Below are positions 14,448 through 26,614 of a stretch of 64,000 nt of DNA, piece after piece. The notes below the pieces were generated by a model that worked only from the letters and a program-made list of their open reading frames with translations, ran no database searches and was not told the DNA's origin. Origin of the DNA: Octopus sinensis (Eukaryota); the NCBI RefSeq assembly GCF_006345805.1, contig NC_043008.1, positions 39,184,001 to 39,248,000 of the forward strand, in the 5' to 3' direction. Both the position numbers and the translations under genes were made by a program. Each line of letters opens with the position of its first letter. Position 1 is the first letter of the stretch.

Positions 14448-14749
14448 AATAGTGGAAGATAGCTGGCATAGGCCAAATCTATATAGACGAATGAATTCGT
14501 ACTTTCCCTCCAAAATTTTACCATGTGCGTTATAAAAATAGTTCTTTAGAAATAGAATTATGGATTCTCATAAGGGAGTGAAAAATTCCACAATTATTGA
14601 AGGGTAGATTTCGGCATGTAAATATAACCATTATCGGTCGGAACTTTTTAAAAAAATGTTCTATATATATTTGGAGGGAAATTTTGGCGGGAAAGTACGA
14701 ATTCATTCGTCTATATAGATTTGGCCTATGCTAGCTATCTTCCACTATT
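14448..14749. repeat. Inverted repeat with ~71-bp arms and ~160-bp spacer
   Basis: 14448-14518 versus 14679-14749, about 2 mismatches. Confidence 0.9.
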
Positions 14750-15071
14750 CCGACGACGCTGGCTCGGGAAGCGGGGGTATGTATATAGCATTTGAGAAAT
14801 CTATCCAAGTGGAGTGTTACGTTGATAAAGGAAATGAATTTATAATTCTAATCCAGAAATGCGTCCGTAAATAACCATAGACTTTGCTTTCGTTATTTTT
14901 CCCTTCTGTTTTACATATATGACCCACATGGATAAGTTGTATGTGGAGTCTTATTTGTAGAAAATAGAAATAAACAGTCTTTGACTGCTATTTCTAATTT
15001 TTCGGTATGTGGCTAAGCAACCTGTTGCCTGCCCCATTTCATTTATATACATATACGTGTATATATATATA

Positions 15072-15111
<40 letters not shown>

Positions 15112-15744
15112 TACATACGTATATGTGTGTGCATTCGTGTGCGAGAGTATGATTGAGTGTGTGTCTAGTCGGGTGAATTTTGCCATTTTGTGTTAGCTCT
15201 CATAGCTGTTTGCCGTTCGCATTATGCAGATCACCCTTGGTGATTAGAAGTTTCTACTCTCTCTCCAAATATATTCGTCTTATATCTGTTTGGTGTTTGG
15301 AAAGGAAAATGCAGTACTGATGGCACCCGCAGAGTCACAAGTATATGTCTAAATATACCTCATTTTCTCATAAAGGTAGCATACTGTCGCTTTTTAAAAA
15401 ATAAATAATGCTATGCTAATTTAGGAGATAGCGTGATACCTTGAGATTATTTATCCGTCTTGTTTAAAGTTGGTAGCAATCACCATTGATTGTCTGCAAC
15501 CATTTTCTCGAAGCAAATATTATTTGATTAAACCAAAAGTTTATGCTATGCGGTGTTTAATCTTTGTTGGTTATTGTTATCCAAATTATTTGTACTGGCT
15601 AAATTTGGGATATTTTTCTAAGATTACAACGTAGATACATACATTCATGAAAATATACTCATGTACTCGTTTATTTGAAAACACAAATCCATATACGCGC
15701 TTAAGTACACTTCCATTTATGCAAAAATATCAACTATGCATATT

Positions 15745-16125
15745 CTTCTTAATCCCTTTTTCCCCTTGTGGAGCATAGGGCCTCGACAGTTGTTTTCCAC
15801 TTTTTGCGGTCATTGGCGTGTTTCTTGGCTAGTCTCTATATCAGGCAAGTGGTCCTGAGCTCGTCCAAAATGCTCCGCTTCCATGTCTGATTCGAGCGTC
15901 CTCGCTTCCTTTTCTCCTGCGGGTTCCAGTCAAGTGCTTGTCATGTCACATATGAGGGTTCTTTCCGCAGTGTGTGTCCGATCTATCTCCATTTCCTTCG
16001 TCTAATCTGAACGTGTATGGGCTCCTGGTTGGCCCTTTCCCACAGGTCGGTGTTTGGCACTCTGTCGGACCCACTTCAGATGGAGGATCTGCCGGAGACA
16101 TTTATTGATGAAGGTCTGGATCTTA
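15745..16125 (-). mobile_element. RTE-type LINE 3' end remnant
   Basis: Minus-strand QIRRRKWR*IGHTLRK..ALDWNPQEKRKRGRSNQTWKR..VEALCS. Confidence 0.85.
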
Positions 16126-16594
16126 CGCATATACAAATACATTTTTACACATATATGTATTTGTATATATATGAGAAAGAGCTTTACTTTTAACAATTTG
16201 CATTTACAACATTATTATATTCTTGTTTTCCTAAATATTTTCTCGAACCTGTGTATGAAACATTGTACTTCATTCTGAACTATAAAATTCCCGAATTCAT
16301 CGTTATCAACATTTCCAGGTGATCTCAGCACCTGTTTTAGTTACAGAACTGCTCTTTTTTTTTATAATAGGCGGCTTATTGTTTAAATGCACTTTTCCGG
16401 CAAAATTTGACCATTAGAGCATTTGTTCATGAAAGCTATGTATTAGACGGTGTCTTGCACATACAAATCAACGTAGACTTAAGGCCAAAATCTTGGAATC
16501 TGATGTGTAAGTTGCTGTTCTATGCATCCAAAACATCAATTAATGTGATTCTCGCTCAACCTGTTAGTACACGCAGAGCACACACACATACGCA

Positions 16595-16629
<35 letters not shown>

Positions 16630-17519
16630 GCACGCACACACACACACACACACACATTTTAATGTTTGTCATTATAAACGCAACTGTTTTCCATTAGTTT
16701 ACACGATTGATTTTAATTAATTATTATTATTATTTAATTAATTATTATTATTATTACTTTACTCTAGAATTTATGTGAATCGAACTTGTATATCTTAGGT
16801 TTCTGCGTTATGTTGCTCCAGGTCTCTTTTTCTACCGCACCTTTTTTCTGTGTTATCTTTGATTAACAATTACGTTAATTAACCAAACAATTCTCTTATC
16901 TACAAGAGCCTATTTAATTCACTTTTATCTTCTACAATTAAAAACCCGTATTATCTTCTTCTATTGCACGTATAACTTCTGTCTTTTAACATTGTGCTTC
17001 TTACATCCATTTGCATTCATTAGTTTCCTTCTATTTGTTTTCGTCTTAAATTATACTTCATTCGAATGTAGCAAGCTCACCTTTACATTCATAGTTTATT
17101 GGCTTGTGATTATTGTCTAATTCTTCAGTGTTTGTCAGCCTTTTTGATATTAACAATCAAAATAATAACAACGTTAGTATACTTCGTCAGCTGTGCATAA
17201 TTACATTTCTTCACATTTAAAATTATGTTAACCATTTCAAATATTTCCGGCTGGTACAGGTATTCCTTTCATTTTATTATTCTTGATTTCTCATTACTTT
17301 TCTTTGAATGTAAATGTCTTTTATTTGCAACAACCTTACTTTTGAATACTATTTTCTTTGTAAACCTTAATGTATTTATTACAATCGTCTATTTTGTCAT
17401 GTTACCTCCGGAACTCGCTTTAACTCGCATCTACCTTACTTTGAAATTTTGTTTTCATTAAAGTTCTATATAAATACTTCTTCATATTTTCTGTTTTCTA
17501 TTACTACGTCACCGAAATG

Positions 17520-19689
17520 TTTATGCATCCATATGCATAAATAATCTTCATTTGTTACTGGTCGAACCATATTCTTTGTCGGTTGAACTACAATCATCAT
17601 CGGCAGCACACCTCTTGACACCTCTTCGCACCATGATATCAAAATGCCATCCTCTATCCATCTATTCACGTCTCTTTCGAGCCCCAGCCTGGCTTCTCCT
17701 TTCGTGGTGTTCTCATAGCAGCTCATCCTGCTTCTCAGTACGGGTTGTTCTTTCCTATAGTACAATACCTATTTCTTTACTACCCACAAGGGGCTAAACA
17801 CAGAGAGGACAAACAACGACAGACAAACGGATTAAGTCGATTACATCGACCCCAGTACGTAACTGGTACTTAATTTATCGATCCCGAAAGGATGAAAGGC
17901 AAAGTCGACCTCGGCGGAATTTGAACTCAGAACGTAACGGCAGACGAAATACCGCTAAGCATTTCGCCCGGCGTGCTAAAGATTCTGCCAGCTCGCCGCC
18001 TTGCAATAGTACAATACCTATTTCTTTATTGCCCACAAGGGGCTAAACATAGAGAGGACAAGCAAGGACAGACAAACGGATTAAGTCGATTATATCAACC
18101 CCAGTGCGTAACTGGTACTTAATTTATCGACCCCGAAAGGATGAAAGGCAAAGTCGACCTCGGCGGAATTTGAACTCAGAACGCAGCGGCAAACTAAATA
18201 CCGCTTAGCATTTCGCCCGGTGTGCTAACGATTCTGCCAGCTCACCGCCTTACGGATCACTAATTTGTGTTACCGATGACTAAAAATTGCGGGCAAGTTA
18301 TCTCTGTCCCTCTCCCTCTCGTAACGGCAGACGAAATACCGCTAAGCATTTCGCCCGGCGTGCTAACGTTTCTGCCAGCTCGTCGCCTTGCAATACCGTC
18401 CATCTTTCGCCGTCGAACTCAACACGGAAGTCCTTATCTTCAATTGCACATATGACATCCCCTCTCTCTGACGGTAACCTGTCACTCCTACAGCTTTCTT
18501 CCTCCGCTCCACGCTAACAGCATGCTACCCACCGGTCACAAAAGTTTACTCCTCCCCTGCCAACTGTCACAGCACCCAAACGTGTGATCACGTTCATTCC
18601 GATCACTAAGTCAACACCGTCATCAACTACAATCGCCTGTAGCTTCAACACTGATCCCTGCATTTCCTGCTCTACTTCACTGACGCCCCTACATTTGACC
18701 TCCCTGCCATCTACGGCACTAAGACTGTTTCCTCTCCAGTTCTCGACCATTCGCGCGGTTAACAAAGTGGTTATACAAACCGAGTCCAGAAGGGATCATG
18801 CTTCCCTTGCCGTCACCAGAAACCTTCTATAGGCAACGATCAGTGGTGCACCTTCAGTTGGCCGTGGGGGGAACTAGCGGGGCAGTAATTCCTTTCTCAT
18901 TGTTTCCGTTTGCTATGAGCCCACGTTGGCCACATCGGTAACATACCACCATTGGTTTTGGTTCCGTGCATTCTTCCTGCTATGAACGGACCTCGACATC
19001 TAAAGCATGGTCTCGTAACCGTTCGCCTTACCATATTTTTGTTTTCACTGTTCGCTGCTTGCCTCTTCGTTCTGCTCGTATCCGCCGTCACAACTGCCGC
19101 TACGTCGGGTGTGTCCGTCTTGCGTCAACACTCGTGTCTTATCTACCATTTCCCATATCTATTGCAGACAATGAGATATGATCGGGGAATCCGGCCACAA
19201 AAGCCAGCTTCACCATCCGCTCCATCATTGCTCCAGTAAACCTTGCTGTGGGTTCTAATCTCGCTCACATAATCATCTATCTGCTTTCCCGTCCAGATTA
19301 TACTCCCGAGTTTATTGTAGGCCTTGAACGCCCCCTCCGTGTACCCGTCCTTCGGATGCTCTTCAATTTTTTTCAACTTTCTCCTGGTCCGCTTCATCCA
19401 TTTCCAAGTAGGGATTCAGCCACATCCTCTATACCCTGGGGCTAAAAAATGTTGGTTGCAGTTTTGTTTGCATGGGCTGTCTGATTGCGAGAAAACCAGT
19501 CAGATCTTACTTGTAACCACGTATAAGCTCACCCAACCACTCACCAGTAACGACTACTACACTCCGACTGCTTCCATCACACGACTTGACTGCGCCGTAG
19601 AACTCTGTAAGAAAGAGGCCACTTTCCACCTTTCGCTTCCTGACATTACGTCATGTTCTCCTTCCGGTCACTTATCCTTCCTCCATACA
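17520..19689 (-). mobile_element. Decayed LTR retrotransposon 5' half (LTR, gag zinc knuckles, aspartic protease, start of RT), interrupted by SINE B
   Basis: LTR starts TGTATGG at 19689; CFRCRGP and CYRCGQRG knuckles (~18920-19010); LLDSVCITTLL..DLVIGMNVI protease (18590-18800); RWIEDGIL..VLPMMIVVQPTKNMVRPV RT start (17555-17670). Confidence 0.8.
17767..18390 (-). mobile_element. Cluster of SINE family B (head AAGGCGGCGAGCTGGCAGAA; Nin/Deu-like core GCCTTTCATCCTTTCGGGGTCGATAAATTAAGTACC)
   Basis: Two full copies (17767-18003, 18015-18251) and one 5' fragment (18318-18390). Confidence 0.9.
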
Positions 19690-20261
19690 CCATGACTGAC
19701 TTCTTTCTGTATATTCTTTCTTATAAATAACGACTTTTAAAATATATATATTCGTTTAAATATGAAAAAAAAAAGAACTGTAACAAGCTATCATATACTT
19801 ACCGTTTCCCAAAAAGAAATTTAAATAAGCATCACATTTAATAACCATCGTATAGTATATTTCTTTCGATAAAATACTTCTACCAAATTTAATTTTCTCC
19901 CGTCACTTATATACTTAAATTTAGTTTTCAATATTTTATCTGCTATTAATACATTTATCTTAAATATCTGAAATGGTTTTCCAACGATAAAATCTATCAT
20001 AATCTCTGTCATTCTATTAATGTTTCGCCCTCATTTTTTACTAAACGAACTATTTAATTATCCACGAAAATTCTGTAAGATTTCGATACAGCCTAATTCT
20101 GTTTCATAGATCAATGTTTCCTGTTATATCGACGCCATTGAAAGCACGGCTATATGTATATCCCAGAACATTTCTATCTGATTGCCTTTGTGTACAAATT
20201 TAATGAAGCCTTTCGTAATTATGTACATAAATACGGCTATAATTTTAATGGTATTAAGATG

Positions 20262-20600
<339 letters not shown>

Positions 20601-20819
20601 GTTACCTACCGATGCGTGTAGAATGAAGTAGAAGGAGGCGAATATTGTCTATGCTTAATGTATTAACCATATTAGAGCAGGTGTTTAAGTTTAATTACAA
20701 AGTAAAATAAATTATCTCTAGTTGATAATGAGACGATTTTCTCAGTATTGTGTTCGTGTGTGTGTATGTTTGTGTGTGTGTGTGTGTGTGCGAGTGTGTT
20801 TGTGTGTGTGTGTGGGGGG

Positions 20820-20867
<48 letters not shown>

Positions 20868-20933
20868 TGTGTGCGTGTGTGCATTTGAATAATCATTTAT
20901 AATACGTGCTGGCTATTTTTGATTTCATTTTAA

Positions 20934-22202
20934 CCCATTCATGCCGATCGTCTGTTTAAACTGACACTTAATTCATGAATCTATAAAACAAATACTTGAT
21001 ACAAATTGTGATTTGTGTATGATCTGTATCAAAGAATGAAACATGTTCTTAACGCACATGCAGTCTGTTTGAACAAAGGCTTGCACCATAACTTGTAACA
21101 ACCACAGTTGTGCAACATGGTGAGTACAAGCAGGACGCGCTGTAAACGGTAAGCCAGTTATTTCAAATCATTTAATTCCGTAGGCATTATTGTGGTTTTT
21201 GAGAAAGGAATATGTGCATTGGGAACCTGCAGAGAAAATATGACGACTAGCTGTCCTTTCAAAACGAAAATTGAAATGAAAGTATGCCCCAGAGGAACAG
21301 CTGACTTCAAGTCCACTTCAAATATAGTCGACGTGAAATGGAAAGATAATAACGATGTTGTTCTGCTATCAAACTTTTAAACCTATAAAATGTCCACTGT
21401 TGAGCGCTATGATAGGCCTCAAAAGAAATACGTTCCAATTCCACAGCCTGAAAGCACCCAGAATTACATCAAATAAATGGTATTTGCTGATCATCTAGAT
21501 CATAACATCGGTTTCTATAGGATTCGAATGCGGCAAAATAAAAGGTGGTAGCCTATTTCTTCATATTTTGTATTTGTGGCAACCCAAAAATGTATGCATC
21601 TTGATGAATAGTGCAGGGCACAAAATTACATTATACAATTTCGTCGAAAACATTTCTCTAACTTTATTGAAAAAGTATGGGACTCCAAAGTTTCAAAGAA
21701 AACGAACATCTGCTCATTTGAAAGACAATGCAAGGTATGGTAGTGTTGAGCATTGGATTGAATATGTTCCAAATGTAAGGAGATCTAAAGAGTGCTCTGA
21801 GAAAAGTCATTTCATTTGTGAAAAATGTGATGTAGGAGTTCATCCCAAATGTTTCAAGAAGTATCATGTTTTGCAAAGCTGCGTAGTTTCATTTCAAAAG
21901 GATATGTTTTCAGTTTTCATTGAGATCTTATTTAAGTGAGCAGAAATTATTTTCATTATAAAGTTACGGACAGATATAATATTTTTATTAGTCTCTAAAT
22001 AAGTAAATTGCACATTTAACGAGAATTATTAAAGATTCATATGCACAGTACCGTATGTCCATTATAACTGAGAGTAATTATTTCAGGAAATATCAAACGG
22101 ATATCAATGAAATGTTTTTTCAGTTGTTATTTAGGTCAAAACAATAGTATCTGTGAATTTTCAAGCAATTTCATTCACTAGAAAAATTTCGGCACGAATG
22201 GA
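20934..22202 (+). mobile_element. Internally deleted piggyBac element with decayed transposase C-terminal half
   Basis: TTAA TSDs at 20930-20933 and 22203-22206; TIR cccattcatgccga / tcggcacgaatgga; GTCREN..KWKDNNDVVLLSNF, IPQP..DHLDHNIGFYRI, and Cys-rich CEKCDVGVHPKCFKKYH. Confidence 0.92.
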
Positions 22203-23798
22203 TTAATCTACTGAACATATTTTCCCTCTTTCGTAAAAGAAAATTTATGAACGGTCTGTATTTTCTGAAAAAAATTTCGGATCTGTCGTATGAAATAGTC
22301 TCAATCTTCTTTGAAAATGTCTTAAGAAAATTGTTTCGAATTGTCATTATTATATGCCAATCGTATCGTTTTAGAGTTCTCTAGTTACTCTGGAATCTAA
22401 TTCCACTTTCTTTCAAATGTCAAGTAAAGCAGAATAGTTTTATACGATTTTATTTGTAAATATTTCTGATGCAAAAATCTTTATAGAATTGGCTATATTT
22501 CAGTTCCTCCGCATTGAGATCACAGAGTTGTTTATTGCCATTCTGATATAATGTATTCTCGACTCATCTAGGCTTTGTTTCATCGAAATGACCTTCGACA
22601 CGTAAGTAATCGCTTCAACGTTGCATGATTGATTAATAAGGCATGAATCTATCTTTCTCTTGGAGCAATTTATCACTGTTGCTTTGGCAAAATTTCCTGA
22701 AATTATATATTTTATGTCTGATGTACAACTCAACGTAAGGTAACTTGGATAGTTTCTATTTCATATAATTTACTTCATCGTTGACTGACCGGAAAATGTT
22801 TATTAGTCAGTTCAAAGAAATTATATAATACATCACACTAGATGTTTAACGAGAAAGGTGGACTGAACCAAATTATTTTCCGATATCTTTCCTGTTTGTA
22901 CGAGAAAGGATACTTTAATTTAATTGATATGTCTATGATTGCCCAATAAAAGTAATTTGTGCACATAAACCACCCGATTGTAATCTACACAAATTTCATA
23001 AAACCTTTTAAAATTGACAAATTTAAATGATATACCAAGGGATTGACTTGATCGTACATGAACAAAATTTTAGGCATTCATATGCTGTATCGAATGCACT
23101 TGCACAACTAAAAATTGATAATACTAACCTTTATTGCACGTTATAGGGGTGTCCTCAGTTTTTAAATCCACCAATACACAAATTAATTCACTTTATAACA
23201 TCCACCAATACATTGGATGAATCACACGAAGAGAATCGTATCCTCTTTGCTCTGCTATCTAACTCTGACCCAAGGAACAAATCTTACTGAAAGAAACCAA
23301 CAATAGTTATTAATGTATCGGCTAAACAATAAACTATATCCTATTGACGGGTCAATTAAATCAGATTAGACTTGATAGTTCCCAAATAGAACTTCTACTT
23401 AAACGTTTTCAGGAATTTAGTGAAGGAATGAACGAGATAATAGAAGCAAACACATGCTGTCAAAGCTACTCTAAGGAGAAGCAAATTGTGATAAGACAAC
23501 TGAAATAAGACGCAGAGAAGAAAGGCGCCTAAATCAGATATTGCACTAGAACAAACGTTACATATATGCAGGAGAACATATGAAATCAAGAAGATACAAT
23601 ATAGAGAAATGAAGGAGAAAATAAGAAAAGATTACTGCATGAAAGTCAAATAATATTTAAAACTGAACTCAGTGTTTGATGTTAGAAGCAGTAAGATATT
23701 GGGGGAAATACACAAGTGGTTCAATGGAATGAAAAGCTTGGGGAGTAAAACTTTAAAGGAAAATAGAGGAATTACTAATAACGTTCGGAAGCTCCCAA

Positions 23799-24192
23799 TC
23801 TAAATCTCTCTCTATATAAAGCTGAAGTTGTCTGTGTGTGGCAGGTTTGGTAGCCTTCAACTAACACTATCTCCTCCGAGACCCTGCGGCGCAAGTTGAC
23901 AAAATTGAGAGTATGATAAAAGGCTTGCTTTTCCTTCCGTAGAAGATAAAATTCAAATCGGACCATGTTAACACCAAAAATTATTTACATAAAAGAGGTG
24001 CTTTTTTCTATGAAAATCCCTATTTTTAATGATTTTTTTAACTGCTGTGTCGCCATTTTTCGGTGTATTACAACCAGAAAAATGTTCACTTAAAGAGAAT
24101 AACAAGCTACATAATGCAACATTTTTATTTTTCAAAAATTCCAATTCTAAAGGGTCGAAGCAAACCCGAACAACGCCGGGCGATACTGCTAG
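23799..24192 (+). mobile_element. Non-autonomous Helitron
   Basis: 5' TC..TATATAAA start; 3' hairpin cccgaacaacgccggg followed by CTAG|T. Confidence 0.8.
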
Positions 24193-24795
24193 TCTGGTAT
24201 AAATAGGATATAACCATACCTTACAGAAAGAAAGTGGAGTTTAATACAATTAGAAAACTACTACAAAGTAATGATTAATAATACAAAAACTTACAAGAAA
24301 TGAAAAGGAAACTGGTTAATGCAATAAGGAAACATGTCGGAAACAAAACGTCTCTTTGTAAATAAGAAAATAACGAAGTACAAACTAGAAACAAACTAGT
24401 ACGCTGTGGAAGATGTAGATGAGGTTTAAGAAAGAAAGAAAATTTTTCTGCAGAACAAATTTCTAAAAAAATGGGTGTTGGTTAATAGAATATTGATGTG
24501 AAAAGTTGGTGTGGCTCAGATAAGAAAAAATACAATAAGAAAAATTTCAGTAATAACGAACTGCGAAAATATATGTCGCTAAAGCAATGAAAAGCTATTT
24601 TCTAGACATTTAGCTGTTAGAGAAGAACGAAACAAAATGGAAAAAACAAAGGCATCTGGGTGGGGGCGATGCATACCCTGAGTGCAGATTAATTTTTTCG
24701 CAAATTCAAGTGTGGTTTACATTGTTTTGCTTACCCAAGCTTTTTAATTAAACTGAAATAATTTAAAACTTTTTAAGTATTACTGTCATAGGTAT

Positions 24796-25246
24796 TTATA
24801 CTCCGGTGACATTAAGAAATAAATTCGCAAATAAATGAAACCTTCGAATATATCACTATACACACCCACACACACACACAAACACATACACAGCCGCATA
24901 TGTATGTACGCACACGTGTCTACGCGCCTAGGTACACCATGATGTATACACACGCAGACGAGGATCCATTCAGTTGTAAAAGAAAGTGAACAAAATGAAA
25001 TACTTAGAAAATATTGCATAAAATTTGAGGAGTATTTCGCCATTATATGTATTATACTCCGGTGACATTAAGAAATCAACTCGTAAATAAACAAAATCCT
25101 TGAATCTATCATTGCACACACACACACACACAATAGCATATCATGTATGTATGTATGTACGCACACGGTCAACGCGCGTAGGCACACCGTGATTTATACA
25201 CACGCAGTCGAGGGTCGATTCATATGAAAAAGACAGTGAACAAAAT
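24796..25246. repeat. Diverged tandem duplication, period ~256 bp
   Basis: ttatactccggtgacattaagaaat..gtgaacaaaa at 24796 and 25052. Confidence 0.85.
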
Positions 25247-25499
25247 TATATGACCACTTGCTTATCGAGAAATTATAAGTTCGATTAAAATAAAGATATT
25301 TTTACAGATAATCAAACCAAATGTGCATCATTTTGAGCCACTCAACCAATGAGTATTTCTGCCAAATTTGGTGAAAATCCGTTGAGCAGTGTTTCAGTAA
25401 TTTTGCAAAAGTACTAACCGACAAAAGTGAGTGATTACAAATACCCTGCTTTCGCTTATGCGTGCAGGGTAATAAAAATAAAATATAATAATTGGTGAC

Positions 25500-25960
25500 A
25501 GATTCCACCAACCTAGAAAAGATGGAAGCAAAGAGTTACAAAACACAGAAGACGATAGGCTAATACTGTGAAGAGTAAAAGAAGAAAAATAGGAAGATGC
25601 TCTAAATAAAATTAAAAAGACGGGATATCATTAAAGCAATAAATCCATGGGCCATGCCAGTTCCCTTTCTAAAATGGACAAAAGTCGAGCTACAGAACTT
25701 GGATAGAAGAACTAGAAAGCTGCACACAATGCCAAACGTACGCTACCCTAAAAGTAACATCGACAGACTCTTTCTACTTGGAAAGGAAGGATGGCAGGCG
25801 ATTACTAAACACGATATTGGTGTTGGAAAATTATGCGTTGCGGACCTAGGTAGAGAAAACCGTAAAGTTAGTAAAACAATAGCAGTTGTCAAGGAGAGAA
25901 AGAAGCACAACTGAGAAAGCAGATGCAAAGAAGTAGATTTACATTTGCAACTCATGCAAC
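25500..25960 (+). mobile_element. R4/Dong-like non-LTR retrotransposon remnant
   Basis: IIKAINPWAMPV..KWTKVELQNLDRRTRKLHTM..PKSNIDRLFLLGKEG. Confidence 0.8.
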
Positions 25961-25974
25961 AAACCGAGAGACCA

Positions 25975-26350
25975 AGAAGTAAAGAACGCTGGCATTTCGT
26001 CCATCTTTATGTCCAGAGTTCGAATTAAACAATATCATCTTTTCGTGCTTTCGGGGTCGATAACATAAGTACGAGTTGAGTACTGGATACGACGTAAACT
26101 AATAGCGCCCTCCCCTCATGCTGCTGGCCCTGTGCGGCGAGCTGGCAGAAACGTTAGCACGCCGGGCGAAATGCTTAGCGGTATTTCGTCTGCAGCTACG
26201 TTCTGAGTTCAAATTCCGCCTTGGTCGACTTTGCTTTTCATCCTTTCGGGGTCGTCGATAAAGTAAGTACCAGTTGCGTACTGAGATCGATCTAATTGAC
26301 TGACCCTCTCCCCCAAATTTCGGGCCTTCTGCCTCGAGTAAGAAAGAATA
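25975..26350 (+). mobile_element. SINE family B (older fragment followed by a fuller copy)
   Basis: gcggcgagctggcagaaacgttagcac at ~26134 with B core. Confidence 0.85.
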
Positions 26351-26356
26351 TTTGTA

Positions 26357-26377
26357 ATTATTATTATTGTTATTGTT

Positions 26378-26426
<49 letters not shown>

Positions 26427-26441
26427 TTGTTGTTGTTGTTA

Positions 26442-26509
<68 letters not shown>

Positions 26510-26612
26510 TCCTCCTCCTCCTCCTCCTCCTTCTTCTTCTTCTTCCTCTTCCTCTTCTTCTCCTTCTTCTTCCTCCTCCTCCTCCTCCTCCTCCTCCTCT
26601 TCTTCTTCTTTT
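26357..26612. repeat. Compound trinucleotide microsatellite (TTG)(TTA)(CCT)(CTT)
   Basis: Direct reading. Confidence 0.97.
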
Positions 26613-26614
26613 AA

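Noticed and set aside
21192-21939. Domesticated PGBD gene
   Set aside because: In-frame stops, missing N-terminal half, and retained TIRs with TTAA TSDs.
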